Source of the DNA: Macrostomum lignano
Taxonomy: Eukaryota
Assembly: GCA_002269645.1 (NCBI GenBank)
Contig: NIVC01001839.1
Coordinates: forward strand, 24,208 to 88,207
Reading direction: 5' to 3'
Length of the DNA stretch: 64,000 nt
A program made the position numbers and the translations under genes. Shown here in pieces: positions 12,401-24,400 of this stretch (its first letter is position 1; every line of letters starts with the position of its first letter). Below the pieces are notes generated by a model, which saw nothing but the letters and a program-made list of their open reading frames with translations, searched no databases and had not been told where the DNA came from.

Positions 12401-14393
12401 ACTCTCCCTACCCTAGATATTCCACTCTCCCTACCCTAGACATCCCCACTATCCCTACCATAGACACCCCACTCTCCCTACCCTAGATATTCCACTCTCC
12501 CTACCCTAGACATCCCCACTATCCTTACCATAGACAAACCACTCTCCCTACCCTAGATATTCCACTCTCCCTACCCTAGATATTCCACTCTCCCTACCCT
12601 AGATATTCCACTCTCCCTACCATAGACACCCCACTCTCCCCACCCTAGATATTCCACTCTCCCTACCCTAGACATCCCACTCTCCCTACCCTAGACATCC
12701 TATTCTCTCTACCCTAGACATCCCAATCTCACCAGATATCCCACCAGCATCATCTGCAGACAGTCTATGGACTGACTGGCCAACCACTCAGCTTCGCATC
12801 TCTCCGACGTCTCGTCAGCCGCTCTCAGCAGAGCTCCATCATCAACCGCGAGTGCGTCTCCTTCAATCAAGCTACTAGCAGCAGACAATTTGGGAGGCAA
12901 CTTTTCGGCGATACATCGAATAGCGCCGGCGGCAGCGAGAGCGGCTTCGCGATGTCGGTCCAAGCAGGTTCGAATTTCAACCAGAATTTTCAACCTGCCT
13001 GTGATCGCCTCGCGCTGACTGGAAATCCAGGACTCGATGCTGGCGTCGCCGTCTTCATCAGAGAAGGATGATCGAGTGGCAGTTGCTGAGGTGAAGTCAA
13101 TGGAATCTCTATCCCAACCACCAGCGGCTGTCCGAGCCTGATTAACAGCTTTGGCATAGTTCTGCATAGGTGATGACGGATATGTAAAAAATATTGGTAC
13201 AATAGGTATGTAGATTGGTAGATAGATCGGTAGATAGGTAGATAGATAGTTCAATAGGTACGTAGACAGGTAGAGTTAGTTATCCTAGATAGTCCCATGA
13301 AATCCGATAGTCTCAGATCCTCAGAGGTAGGTAGGTAAATAGATAGGTAGCAGGAGTTAGACAGGATAGTGTCACTTGATATACAAGTGTCACCTGTTAG
13401 ACAGGATAGTGTCACCTGTTAGACAGGACAGTGTCACCTGTTAGACAGGATAGTGTCATCTGTTAGACAGGATAGTTTCACCTGTTAGACAGGATAGTGT
13501 CACCTGTTAGACAGTATAGTGTCACCTGTTAGACAGGACAGTGTCACCTGTTAGACAGGATAGTGTCACCTGTTAGACAGGATAGTGTCACCTGTTAGAC
13601 AGGATAGTGTCACCTGTTAGACAGGATAGTGTCACCTGTTAGACAGGATAGTGTCTCCTGTTGGGTAAGTAAGTAGGTACGTCAGGCAGGTAAGTCGATA
13701 GGCAGGTAGACAGATGGGTAGATAGATCTGATAGATCGATAGATACAGACACAGAGATAGGTGGGTGGATACTAGATAGATATCCCATACCGCACACCCC
13801 TAGGCAATTAAAAAATAGGAGCGTCAACCCGCGCCTCATTTCCGTTGCAGTGCATCAGAAAGTGCTCCAGCTCGGCATCCTGACCCAGCACCGGGTGCCG
13901 CCGCAGCGCGGTCAAGTAGTCTTGAAGGCCGGCCTCCCGCTCCTCCAGAAACAGCCGCCGCTGCCGCCGCTGCCTCATCGCCAGGCCGCTGGCGCCCGGC
14001 AGAGTCGGCAGCTCCGGCCGGCCACGCGTTGGCAGCTCCGGGATCAGCCAGTGAGGCCGACGCTGCACCAGCGATTCGTGCAGTCGACGAAAATCGCTGT
14101 AGCGTCTAACAACGCCTTCGGTGGTGGAGTGGCCGCAGCGAATCGAATAAACCCGGTGGCTGAACAGCGGGAGGCCTCGCGACTCGTCTAGAAGTCTAAC
14201 TTGGACACTTGGACCTTGACAGTTAAAACAGTCGAAAAAATGTATAAAATTGATTATTTTGTAATACTGTTAAATCTAGTTTTAGTATATTTTTTTAACT
14301 TCCTTATTGTTGTCAATGAACTTTAGAAATACTTTTTCAGAAAATCATAAACTAAATTGATAAATAATTACCTGCAAACAAGCTTTCATCCAT
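9402..14393 (-). CDS. Sorting-nexin-like PX + BAR-like protein, 361 aa, left copy; exons 14372-14393, 13829-14214, 12733-13161, 11588-11779, 9402-9458
   Basis: PX signature VVRRYSDFRRLHESLVQRRPHWLIPELP...FLEEREAGLQDYLTALRRHPVL...LEHFL. Exon phases join into one ORF (22+386+429+192+57 = 1086 nt). Helical C-terminal half ends QLLLQVVGVQLQGNLFLRDSW, like SNX-BAR termini. The exon 2 donor (GTTGAC) is weak. Confidence 0.82.
9500..11460 (+). repeat. ~19-bp minisatellite (GGATCGGGACTTCAGGATCTGA variants) filling SNX intron 4
   Basis: Tandem variant units; mirrored at ~29325-31290. Confidence 0.96.
11890..12720 (+). repeat. ~21-bp minisatellite (CTCTCCCTACCCTAGATATTCCA) filling SNX intron 3
   Basis: Tandem units starting at the exon 3 donor; mirrored at ~28065-28895. 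Confidence 0.96.
13365..13660 (+). repeat. 20-bp minisatellite (GTTAGACAGGATAGTGTCACCT) in SNX intron 2
   Basis: Tandem units; mirrored at ~27125-27420. The same unit recurs at 52960-53530. Confidence 0.96.
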
Positions 14394-15145
14394 TATCTCC
14401 AACAGTAGTTATGTGATTCTAGAAAAAAAGGTATTGCAATAATTTTAGTTTTAATTTTTGGATAATTTTTTATTTGTGATCTTATTTTTATCTTATTAGC
14501 TATTTATTAACATATGTTAAGTACAGAATAAGATGCAAAGTAAATATTCTCTAATTATTATAGTTTACTATAATATAAATTTTCAGTGGTTAGTCAGGTT
14601 GTCTTTTATTTTAAAAAATATTTTCTGAAAAAACTTATATCACGTCAACACAGATTTACTAAAATAGTTATTTTTTAAATATGTTTCTGAATGTACTAAT
14701 ATTATGATAGCTACATTTAAATTTTTTATTTTGACTGATAAAAGCAAGGTTTCTATTTTTCGTAATTGTAAACTTGTGAATATGAAATGTATTCCTTACT
14801 ACAAAAATAGAGCACATTACTTACAACTACTTTTGGTCGAAGTATAAACACTTTCTAGCTAATCGACTTACGCGGGAAGAAAAAGTAATTTATAATTTAT
14901 AAATTTATAACGCTGTATTGTGCCACTCTAAGCTTTATCCGTCCTTCACGTTTCGTAGAGGCTTCTACGAAAACAGTAAATTTGATTTAATGCCAACGTC
15001 ATACATGTATAACAATTTACTATTATTTTCGTTTTATTTTTTATACCGATTGACACTATATTAATACTAATAATTAATGCCTATTTTGTTATGCTTATGC
15101 CCCAATATATTAGATCATATATTAGTATTAGCTTCGTATATTTGT

Positions 15146-15337
15146 CAGGGGCGTAGCCAGGAATTTCCTACGGGGGGACACACCAAAGGTGAATTTTCTA
15201 CGGGGGGGATACACCAAGGTAAAAGTGCTATGAAGAGTCACACGGTAGCATGTATAGCAACAAAGGGCAACAAAAAAATTTTGGTCAGGCTCTTCGGGGG
15301 GGATACATCACCCCTATCCCCCCTCCCTACGCCCCTG
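15146..15337. mobile_element. hAT-type MITE (left copy)
   Basis: TIRs CAGGGGCGTAG...CTACGCCCCTG. Flanked by ATATTTGT / ATATTTTT; the 8-bp TSD is perfect in the right copy. Confidence 0.85.
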
Positions 15338-16429
15338 ATATTTTTTGTATTGTATTAAGCGGTCAGGTTGCGTTTCGCGGGTACGTTTTTATAAGTCTGT
15401 ATAGCATCTAGGAATCCTAAACAGATTTAGAAATGGCTATTAATCAGATGTAAAGCACAAATTATTAGATCTGAAGTTTTAAATGTACGTTAATGTATGT
15501 TAAACTAGCAAGTAGTATATATGAATTGAAGGCATCCATTGATCTTATGATTCATGCGTTATACATTTTCCCTATCCGCAGTTTCTTGAAATACATGGAT
15601 AACAAGTACATTTAATTACCTTTAAATAGATTACTTTGATTACTTATGATTCCATTTACTTTATTTACGTAACGGTTCTAATAAGTCGTCCCTAAATTGG
15701 AAAAATAACTGAGGAAATGAACTATTATTGCATGAAAAATAGTCATGTGTATATGTATCTCATCTAAAATTAAAATAACCTTCTACTGTATCTGTTTGAT
15801 TCAGCAGACAACTTTGTGGCTTCTTAAGCTTGATAAGAAAATTTTGACATTGCAAAGTTGCCAAAGTTTTGACAAAGTTGCAACCAGGGTGTGATTTGTC
15901 ACCTGGTGTCTCCCGGCCATCGAAGGATGATGATCTACATGTTGAATGCTTAATAGATTAATCGAGGATGCTTACGGTAGCAGTTAAGGCTTGTTCACTG
16001 TCAAGGTTTGATCAACAAAAGTAGAGAAATTCGCAAAACATGGTATGCACAGTATGTTGAATGTTCAGAAGCTCCGCCTGGATCATCTTCCCACTGACAA
16101 AGAAGTCAAGAGTTGATGCAGATACATGTGGTCGATGTGCTGACAAAATGTTTAGGCTTGGCAAGGCCGCACTGGAGCACGAAGGTGTATTAAATACACT
16201 TAGCGCCTATGAAAAAATCCGACCTCCTGGAAGAATCATTGAATATCTCGAGAATTATTGAATTATCGGGGGGTCTCTTCTATTGGTAATTCGATGGACA
16301 GAAAATACCTTGGTGAGAAAGTTTGTGTTTGTGCAAACTCGGAGCTGTTCCGATGTTTTGCAGAGTCGTGAAGCACTGTGAAGTTCCGCAAGTTCCGTAC
16401 TCCCAGTTCCGCAAGCCCCCTGTTCGCCT

Positions 16430-17858
16430 GGTACCTTTGCGGGCTGCAAGAGAACGCGGCAGAACGCACGCGGGTGGAACGCCACGAGGAGACTGGCGCA
16501 ACTCGATCATGCGCTGGTTCGCACTCGCGAGCGCCGCCGCGTCACCAACTGTGACACCATGGCTCCACTGGCTCTCTGGTCATACCACCGACCACCGACT
16601 CCTGCTCTGCGACTTGCGGCTCCGCGGCAACGGCGCTACTATCGCGCCCTGTTGGACACCCGCGTGAAGCGTCAATTGGCGGACGCCTTCGTCGGCGCAT
16701 TTGGAGACCATCGTCTGCAGTCGGTGCTGGACCCGTAACTTCGATACGAGCAGAACGGATTACGGCCGCAACGCGGTACAGAGACACAGATCCTCGCACT
16801 CAGCCGTGTCATCGAGGAGACGCGCATCCGCCAGTCTACGCTGATCATTCATTGTCTTCGGTGACTTTCGAAAGGCGTTTGACTCGGTGTTGAGAGCCGC
16901 TGAGACACTTTATCAGAAGTTTTGCAGGGCGACACGCTGGCGCCGTTCCTTCGTGCTCTTCGTGCTGGACTGGGTGCTTCGACCGCACTCCCCTCGGCTA
17001 ACGACGGCTTCCTGCTGCGCAGACGCATCGGTCGCCCCCACGGCGAAAAGCGCCTGAACGTTCTTGGCTACGCCGACGACCTCGCCCTCTTGTCCTCGTC
17101 CGTTGAAAGGCGCCCAGCGCCAGATTGACAAGCTGGTTGAGGTGGAATCGAGCGTCGGTCTGGTTGTCAAACGCTGAAGACCGAGGTGCTGACTGTGCCG
17201 GCCGATATCACAGCGGACCTGACGTGCCGCGGCGCAGATGGGCAGACGACCAGGCTCGCACGCTGCCAGTGGGTCACCTACCTCGGCGGTATGGTGCCCG
17301 ACGTGGAGAAAGACCTCCGGCGGCTCAGAGGACTTGCCTAGGCAGCCTTCCGTTCGATCCGGGCTGTCGTCCAATCCGAAGCGCTGCCCGACCGCCAGAG
17401 GGCTCGGCTGTGGCAGGCGGTGGTCGAGACCATTCTGCTCTACAACGCCGAGACGTGGACGCTGACGGCTACGCTGGAGCGTCAGCTGGACTCGGCGCAC
17501 TCAGGGCTGCTCCGTGCGGCCTTTCGAGCTGACGAGAGCGTCGGGACCGAGGCCCTGTACGATCGGGCCAAGCTGCCCGTCCATCATCCTGCGCCGGCGG
17601 TGACTTCAACTGGCGGACCACGTGATCCGGGCCGAGGGCTACTGCCCCCAACCTGTTCAGGACGTCCTGCTGCTCACCTTGCAGGGCCCGTTCAGGCCGG
17701 GTCAGGCCCGAACCGTCGATACGTGGACTGCCTGCTGTGCGACGCTGCCAATGGAGCGGACTTCGTTCATTCTCAGGCTGCTTCGGCGCCATCTGACGCG
17801 CCCTGCTCTAACTGTGACCTTGCATGCGGGCTGCGTACTTGTTGTTGTTGTTGTTGCT
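16430..17858 (+). mobile_element. Decayed RTE-clade LINE (RTE-b, left copy) with (TTG)n tail
   Basis: YEQNGLRPQRGTETQILALSRVIEE, GDFRKAFDSV, QGDTLAPF, LGYADDLALL, VETILLYNAETWTLT; 3' tgttgttgttgttgttg. The 5' boundary is approximate. Confidence 0.9.
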
Positions 17859-18089
17859 TTTTAGTTTTCGTTTTTAGCAAACTGGGGGTTTGATTCGTTC
17901 ACAGCCTTGACCCTCTATGAATTCTGCCCACAGCTTACGACCGGCGTTGGGGCTGCTGCACAGGTCCGCGTGGCAGGTAATACCGAGGGTGCGGCGGGTC
18001 CCTTCCAGATTCGCGCACTCCACGGCCACGTGGATATTGCTTGTTGATGTTGGATGATGTTGTTGGAAGAGCCATTTTGCGCGCCTATG

Positions 18090-18515
18090 TACCGGCACCT
18101 GCTCCATCGTCTTCCAGAACGAAGTTCTCGCCATCAGCTCCTGCGCCATGGAGCTGTACAATCAGCGCTTCTGGGGGAAGGAGATTACCCTCCACTTGGA
18201 CAGTCAAGCGGCGATTCACGCCCTTGAGCGCACCACTACCTGCTCGAGTACAGTCCTCGACTGCATCGGGCAGCTCAACCGCTTAGGCGCCTCTAACAAG
18301 GTGTCCCTAAGGTGGATCCCGCGGCACTCGGGCACCCCGGCAACGTGGCCGATCGCCTGGCCAAGGCTGGCTCGACCGGTTCTTTTACTGGTCCCTGCCC
18401 GTGGCCCCCACCTCCATCGCCGTTGTCACCACTCGGATCAACCAGCGGTGGCTTCTAAGCTCAGTGAGAGGTGGGCTACCGCCCCGACTGCCGGAAATCC
18501 ATGTTTAAGTAAGTC
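18090..18515 (+). mobile_element. RNase H-bearing non-LTR retrotransposon fragment (left copy)
   Basis: SIVFQNEVLAISSC...LHLDSQAAIHAL...VSLRWIP(G)HS matches the RNase H of I/Tad/R1-type LINEs; ends at taagtaagt. Confidence 0.8.
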
Positions 18516-19072
18516 AAGTGCTGCTATGTTTAACGTGTCTTTACTATGCAACATTGCACGAGAAAACCAGCACAATGAACTCATCAGATTCAATGCTTTG
18601 GGTAATTGTATTAAATTATTCTATACTGATGTACACTCAGAAACATGTTAAACTTTCCAGTGGTAACTTTTCACAGATTTCAGCCCCTACAAAGTGACGA
18701 AAATCACAGCACGCCCGTGATTCTCGTCTCAACTGTGGAGTGTAATACAATTTGCGTCACAATTGGCCTTAGCTTAGGTTGGGGAGAAGTGAGTGGACAG
18801 TTTACAGCTAGAGTTGAATTAAACATTGCCACTTCGTGACACTGGTTAGTTTGTCGTACAAATACACACCTGAAATGTATAAGTAGCTGCCCTAGAAGCC
18901 ATTGACGTGTTGATTCTTAACAGATCTTGTCTATCTTCTTGGTTGCTGCGCAAGTACTTGCAAGAACGTGCAAGATCTTTGCTATGATAAAACTGAGGTA
19001 AACTTACCAGATCTGGGCGACTTGCTACGTCGTGCAAGATGTTAACTTTTATATCTTTTTATAGCTTCGAAT

Positions 19073-19724
19073 NNNNNNNNNNNNNNNNNNNNNNNNNNNN
19101 NNNNNNNNNNNNNNNNNNNNNNNNNNNNNNNNNNNNNNNNNNNNNNNNNNNNNNNNNNNNNNNNNNNNNNNNNNNNNNNNNNNNNNNNNNNNNNNNNNNN
19201 NNNNNNNNNNNNNNNNNNNNNNNNNNNNNNNNNNNNNNNNNNNNNNNNNNNNNNNNNNNNNNNNNNNNNNNNNNNNNNNNNNNNNNNNNNNNNNNNNNNN
19301 NNNNNNNNNNNNNNNNNNNNNNNNNNNNNNNNNNNNNNNNNNNNNNNNNNNNNNNNNNNNNNNNNNNNNNNNNNNNNNNNNNNNNNNNNNNNNNNNNNNN
19401 NNNNNNNNNNNNNNNNNNNNNNNNNNNNNNNNNNNNNNNNNNNNNNNNNNNNNNNNNNNNNNNNNNNNNNNNNNNNNNNNNNNNNNNNNNNNNNNNNNNN
19501 NNNNNNNNNNNNNNNNNNNNNNNNNNNNNNNNNNNNNNNNNNNNNNNNNNNNNNNNNNNNNNNNNNNNNNNNNNNNNNNNNNNNNNNNNNNNNNNNNNNN
19601 NNNNNNNNNNNNNNNNNNNNNNNNNNNNNNNNNNNNNNNNNNNNNNNNNNNNNNNNNNNNNNNNNNNNNNNNNNNNNNNNNNNNNNNNNNNNNNNNNNNN
19701 NNNNNNNNNNNNNNNNNNNNNNNN
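19073..19724. other. Assembly gap (652 N)
   Basis: Run of N; the left arm ends exactly at it. Confidence 1.
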
Positions 19725-20153
19725 GGAGTAACATGATACTGAAGACTTCGGCAAAATGAATCATATAAATCTGCTCGATCTATAGACAATTCGCTGCTAT
19801 GGTTTCAAAGTGGTTTCAGAGACCATATTCGCAAATTTGCTTGGATCTAAAAGATGCCTTTTCAACAACGACGGAAACCTCTGCTGAGGATGATGATGCC
19901 TGGTGGTGACGCTGATTTGCTGTCAGCTCGTGCCCATCTGCCAAGGTGCACCTGCGATGATGAAGCAGCCTACTGACGAGAGCTCAATGAGCATCGACAA
20001 GAAAGCGAAGGTTGGCTATGGTCTCGGCGTGGAGAGTCCCAGCGAGCTGGCAAATTATCTAATGCAGCTGCACAGTGCCCTTGCTCTTGCTGGAAGGCCT
20101 CGGTAGGTCAAATAATAATCCGTTTTAGAGTAATAATTATTATCTAACCACTA

Positions 20154-20534
20154 CACCTTTTTGCGTTCTATCTCATTAAAACTGCATTCAATTTCGGCAA
20201 ACTGGCTTTTATTTTCGGCATCAGCTACGGCCGCACATCCAAACTGCATTCGAATTGGACAAACCGAGAAACAATTTCGGCAAACTGCATTTAATTTCGG
20301 CAACTCGAGTTTCTACACCTTTTGCGAACTCCAAATAGCAGTACTTGTTCAGAATCTAAGAAATCCCTCTCTTCTGTCTTTATTCCATTCTTACATTGGT
20401 GTCGCTGTCGAAATTGTGTGCAGTTTGCCGAAATTGAAAATCAGTTTGTCTAAATAGAATCTCGAGTTGCTGAAAATGAAAGCCAGTTTGCCGAAATTGA
20501 ATGCAGTTTTATCGAAATAGAACGCAAAAAGGTG
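20154..20534. mobile_element. TA-flanked MITE with long imperfect TIRs in the palindrome spacer
   Basis: TA|CACCTTTTTGCGTTCTAT..AAAACTGCATTCAATTTCGGCAAACTGGCTTT at 20152 pairs with ...GAACGCAAAAAGGTG|TA at 20536. Internal repeats of TTTCGGCAAACTG. Confidence 0.85.
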
Positions 20535-22314
20535 TAGGCTACAACCCCCTTTAAGAATGCTTTGTTAAATATTTAAACTGGCATGCTCAAAAAACGAAAG
20601 TAGTCAGAACTACTCAAGTTTGTTTGCAATTTTTATCTGATCTCACTATTCTTCCATATTTGCAACGCTTCCATTTTTGTTTCCCATCTTTTTCTTCGAA
20701 TTGGAACTGTTTTGTATGCACCATGAAGCTTCAATAATAGAGAAGTAATTTTTAATTGTGTCACTATAATATAGATTCCACCGCACTATAGTTTTGTCAG
20801 TGATGGATGCTGTATAATTAGTCTAATCTTCTTTCCTAAAACTGTTCCCAAATTTTCAGATTTGGCAAGCGCAGCGCGATAAAAAGCGTCCCTGGCAAGG
20901 CCTATAATTATCATTCGTCGAAATTCTCCTGCAAGTGGCTGTTCTGCTGGTGACCGGTACGTGCGATCGTCTCTAAAAGTATAAATTGGCGAGCAAGTTT
21001 ACGCGACATACTAACGAATTCGGTGACAAAAAGTTTGTCTGGCGAACTTGATAGAAACTGATAATAAAAACGTTTTCTTACCAAGTAACGATGTCTGGTT
21101 GTTTCAATTTCGTTAAACATTTCAGTCTCTCCAATTTTAAGTGTAACGCCTGATTAGGCAATGTTTTACCATCAATGTTGGTAATGTAGTGTTCAGTACG
21201 TTCTCGTACGCTGGATAGACTCCTAGAATAATAACGAGGTACATGATGTAACATTCGATATTGCAACCGGGCGCGGACTGTGCAAGTTTTACGATTCAAT
21301 GTCTTTGAGGCTGTACAGTTTTATGTAGTTTCACAAGAATTGAATATTCACAACAGTTTCACAAACAATAAGCCTTGTTGACGACTTGCTAAGAAAATAA
21401 TGCATAATTGTTCATAAATCTTTGGTGTAAATGCATACAAAGTCAAAGACAACAACAACAACAATTTTAACCTCTCGCCGGCCACGAGTGGCCACAAAGG
21501 GGAGAGGTGTAGGTGTCAGGACGCACGTATTTGGGCCGAACCTCTAAAAAAGTCACCCTAGAGGACATTCTGTTTCTCAACTTAGCAGATCTTGTCTCTG
21601 TGCCATTCTTAGCAGATCTTCTCAATCTGCTCGGTTCTTGCAGGATCTTCTAAGAAGGGAGGTACATTTGTTTTGTCATTCATTTGGCCAAAGTGTTCTA
21701 GCTTTATTATGATTTATTTTATGGCAAAATGGGACAATAAAATTAATAAAATATGCGATTCGAAGCTATAAAAAGATATAAAAGTTAACATCTTGCACGA
21801 CGTAGCAAGTCGCCCAGATCTGGTAAGTTTACCTCAGTTTTATCATAGCAAAGATCTTGCACGTTCTTGCAAGTACTTGCGCAGCAACCCAAGAAGATAG
21901 ACAAGATCTGTTAAGAATCAACACGTCAATGGCTTCTAGGGCAGCTACTTATACATTTCAGGTGTGTATTTGTACGACAAACTAACCAGTGGTCACGAAG
22001 TGGCAATGTTTAATTCAACTCTAGCTGTAAACTGTCCACTCACTTCTCCCCAACCTAAGCTAAGGCCAATTGTGACGCAAATTGTATTACACTCCACAGT
22101 TGAGACGAGAATCACGGGCGTGCTGTGATTTTCGTCACTTTGTAGGGGCTGAAATCTGTGAAAAGTTACCACTGGAAAGTTTAACATGTTTCTGAGTGTA
22201 CATCAGTATAGAATAATTTAATACAATTACCCAAAGCATTGAATCTGATGAGTTCATTGTGCTGGTTTTCTCGTGCAATGTTGCATAGTAAAGACACGTT
22301 AAACATAGGCACTT

Positions 22315-22740
22315 GACTTACTTAAACATGGATTTCCGGCAGTCGGGGCGGTAGCCCACCTCTCACTGAGCTTAGAAGCCACCCAGGTTGATCCGAGTGG
22401 TGACAACGGCGATGGAGGTGGGGGCCACGGGCAGGGGACCAGTAAAAGAACCGGTCGAGCCAGTCTTGGCCAGGCGATCGGCCAGCTCGTTGCCGGGGTG
22501 GCCGAGTGCCCGGGGATCCACCTTAGGGACACCTTGTTAGAGGCGCCTAAGCGGTTGAGCTGCCCGATGCAGTCGAGGACTGTACGCGAGCAGGTAGTGG
22601 TGCGCTCAAGGGCGTGAATCGCCGCTTGACTGTCCAAGTGGAGGGTAATCTCCTTCCCCCAGAAGCGCTGATTGTACAGCTCCATGGCGCAGGAGCTGAT
22701 GGCGAGAACTTCGTTCTGGAAGACGATGGAGCAGGTGCCG
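22315..22740 (-). mobile_element. RNase H LINE fragment (right copy)
   Basis: ORF 22299-22685 with LDSQAAIHAL...RWIPGHS; mirror of 18090-18515. Confidence 0.8.
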
Positions 22741-22973
22741 GTACATAGGCGCGCAAAATGGCTCTTCCAACAACATCATCCAACATCAACAAGCAATATC
22801 CACGTGGCCGTGGAGTGCGCGAATCTGGAAGGGACCCGCACACCCTCGTATTACCTGCCACGCGGACCTGTGCAGCAGCCCCAACGCCGGTCGTAAGCTG
22901 TGGGCAGAATTCATAGAGGGTCAAGGCTGTGAACGAATCAAACCCCCAGTTTGCTAAAAACGAAACTAAAAAG

Positions 22974-24400
22974 CAACAACAACAACAACAAAGTACGCAG
23001 CCCCGCATGCAAGGTCACAGTTAGAGCAGGGCGCGTCAGATGGCGCGCCGAAGCAGCCTGAGAATGAACGAAGTCCGCTCCATTGGCAGCGTCGCACAGC
23101 AGGCAGTCCACGTATCGACGGGTTCGGGCCTGACCCGGCCTGAACGGGCCCTGCAAGGTGAGCAGCAGGACGTCCTGAACAGGTTGGGGGCAGTAGCCCT
23201 CGGCCCGGATCACGTGGTCCGCCAGTTGAAGTCACCGCCGGCGCAGGATGATGGACGGGCAGCTTGGCCCGATCGTACAGGGCCTCGGTCCCGACGCTCT
23301 CGTCAGCTCGAAAGGCCGCACGGAGCAGCCCTGAGTGCGCCGAGTCCAGCTGACGCTCCAGCGTAGCCGTCAGCGTCCACGTCTCGGCGTTGTAGAGCAG
23401 AATGGTCTCGACCACCGCCTGCCACAGCCGAGCCCTCTGGCGGTCGGGCAGCGCTTCGGATTGGACGACAGCCCGGATCGAACGGAAGGCTGCCTAGGCA
23501 AGTCCTCTGAGCCGCCGGAGGTCTTTCTCCACGTCGGGCACCATACCGCCGAGGTAGGTGACCCACTGGCAGCGTGCGAGCCTGGTCGTCTGCCCATCTG
23601 CGCCGCGGCACGTCAGGTCCGCTGTGATATCGGCCGGCACAGTCAGCACCTCGGTCTTCAGCGTGTTGACAACCAGACCGACGCTCGATTCCACCTCAAC
23701 CAGCTTGTCAATCTGGCGCTGGGCGCCTTTCAACGGACGAGGACAAGAGGCGAGGTCGTCGGCGTAGCCAAGAACGTTCAGGCGCTTTTCGCCGTGGGGC
23801 GACCGATGCGTCTGCGCAGCAGGAAGCCGTCGTTAGCCGAGGGAGTGCGGTCCGAAGCACCCAGTCCAGCACGAAGAGCACGAAAGGAACGGCGCCAGCG
23901 TGTCGCCCTGCAAAACTTCTGATAAAGTGTCTCAGCGGCTCTTCAACACCGAGTCAAACGCCTTTCGAAAGTCACCGAAGACAATGATCAGCGTAGACTG
24001 GCGGTTGCACGCCTCCTCGATGACACGGCTGAGTGCGAGGATCTGTGTCTCTGTACCGCGTTGCGGCCTAATCCGTTCTGCTCGTACCGCTGGTACGGGT
24101 TCAGCACCGACTGCAGACCGTCTCCAAGTGCGCCGACGAAGGCGTCCGCGAATTGACGCTTCACGCGGGTGTCCAACAGGGTGCGATAGTAGCGCCGTTG
24201 CCGCGGAGCCGCAAGACGCAGAGCAGAAGTCGGTGGTATGACCGGAGAGCCAGTGGAGCCATGGTGTCACAGTTGGTGACGCGGCGGCGCTCGCGAGTGC
24301 GAACCAGCGCATGATCGAGTTGCGCCAGTCTCCTCGTGGCGTTCCACCCGCGCGCGTTCTGCCGCGTTCTCTTGCAGCCCGCAAAGGTGACCAGGTGACC
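22974..24400 (-). mobile_element. RTE-b (right copy)
   Basis: Mirror of 16430-17858; (CAA)n tail at 22974-22990. Confidence 0.9.

Noticed and set aside
15950-16430. Short ORFs upstream of RTE-b, with a faint copia-RNase-H-like VVDVLTKCLG
   Set aside because: A single weak motif, frames differ between arms, and there are no LTRs or other pol domains.
19039-19789. 230-246-aa ORFs
   Set aside because: Artefacts of reading through the N gap.
19860-21300. Short ORFs in the spacer (19903-20106, 20911-21299)
   Set aside because: No recognisable domain or supported splice structure; a homology search is needed.
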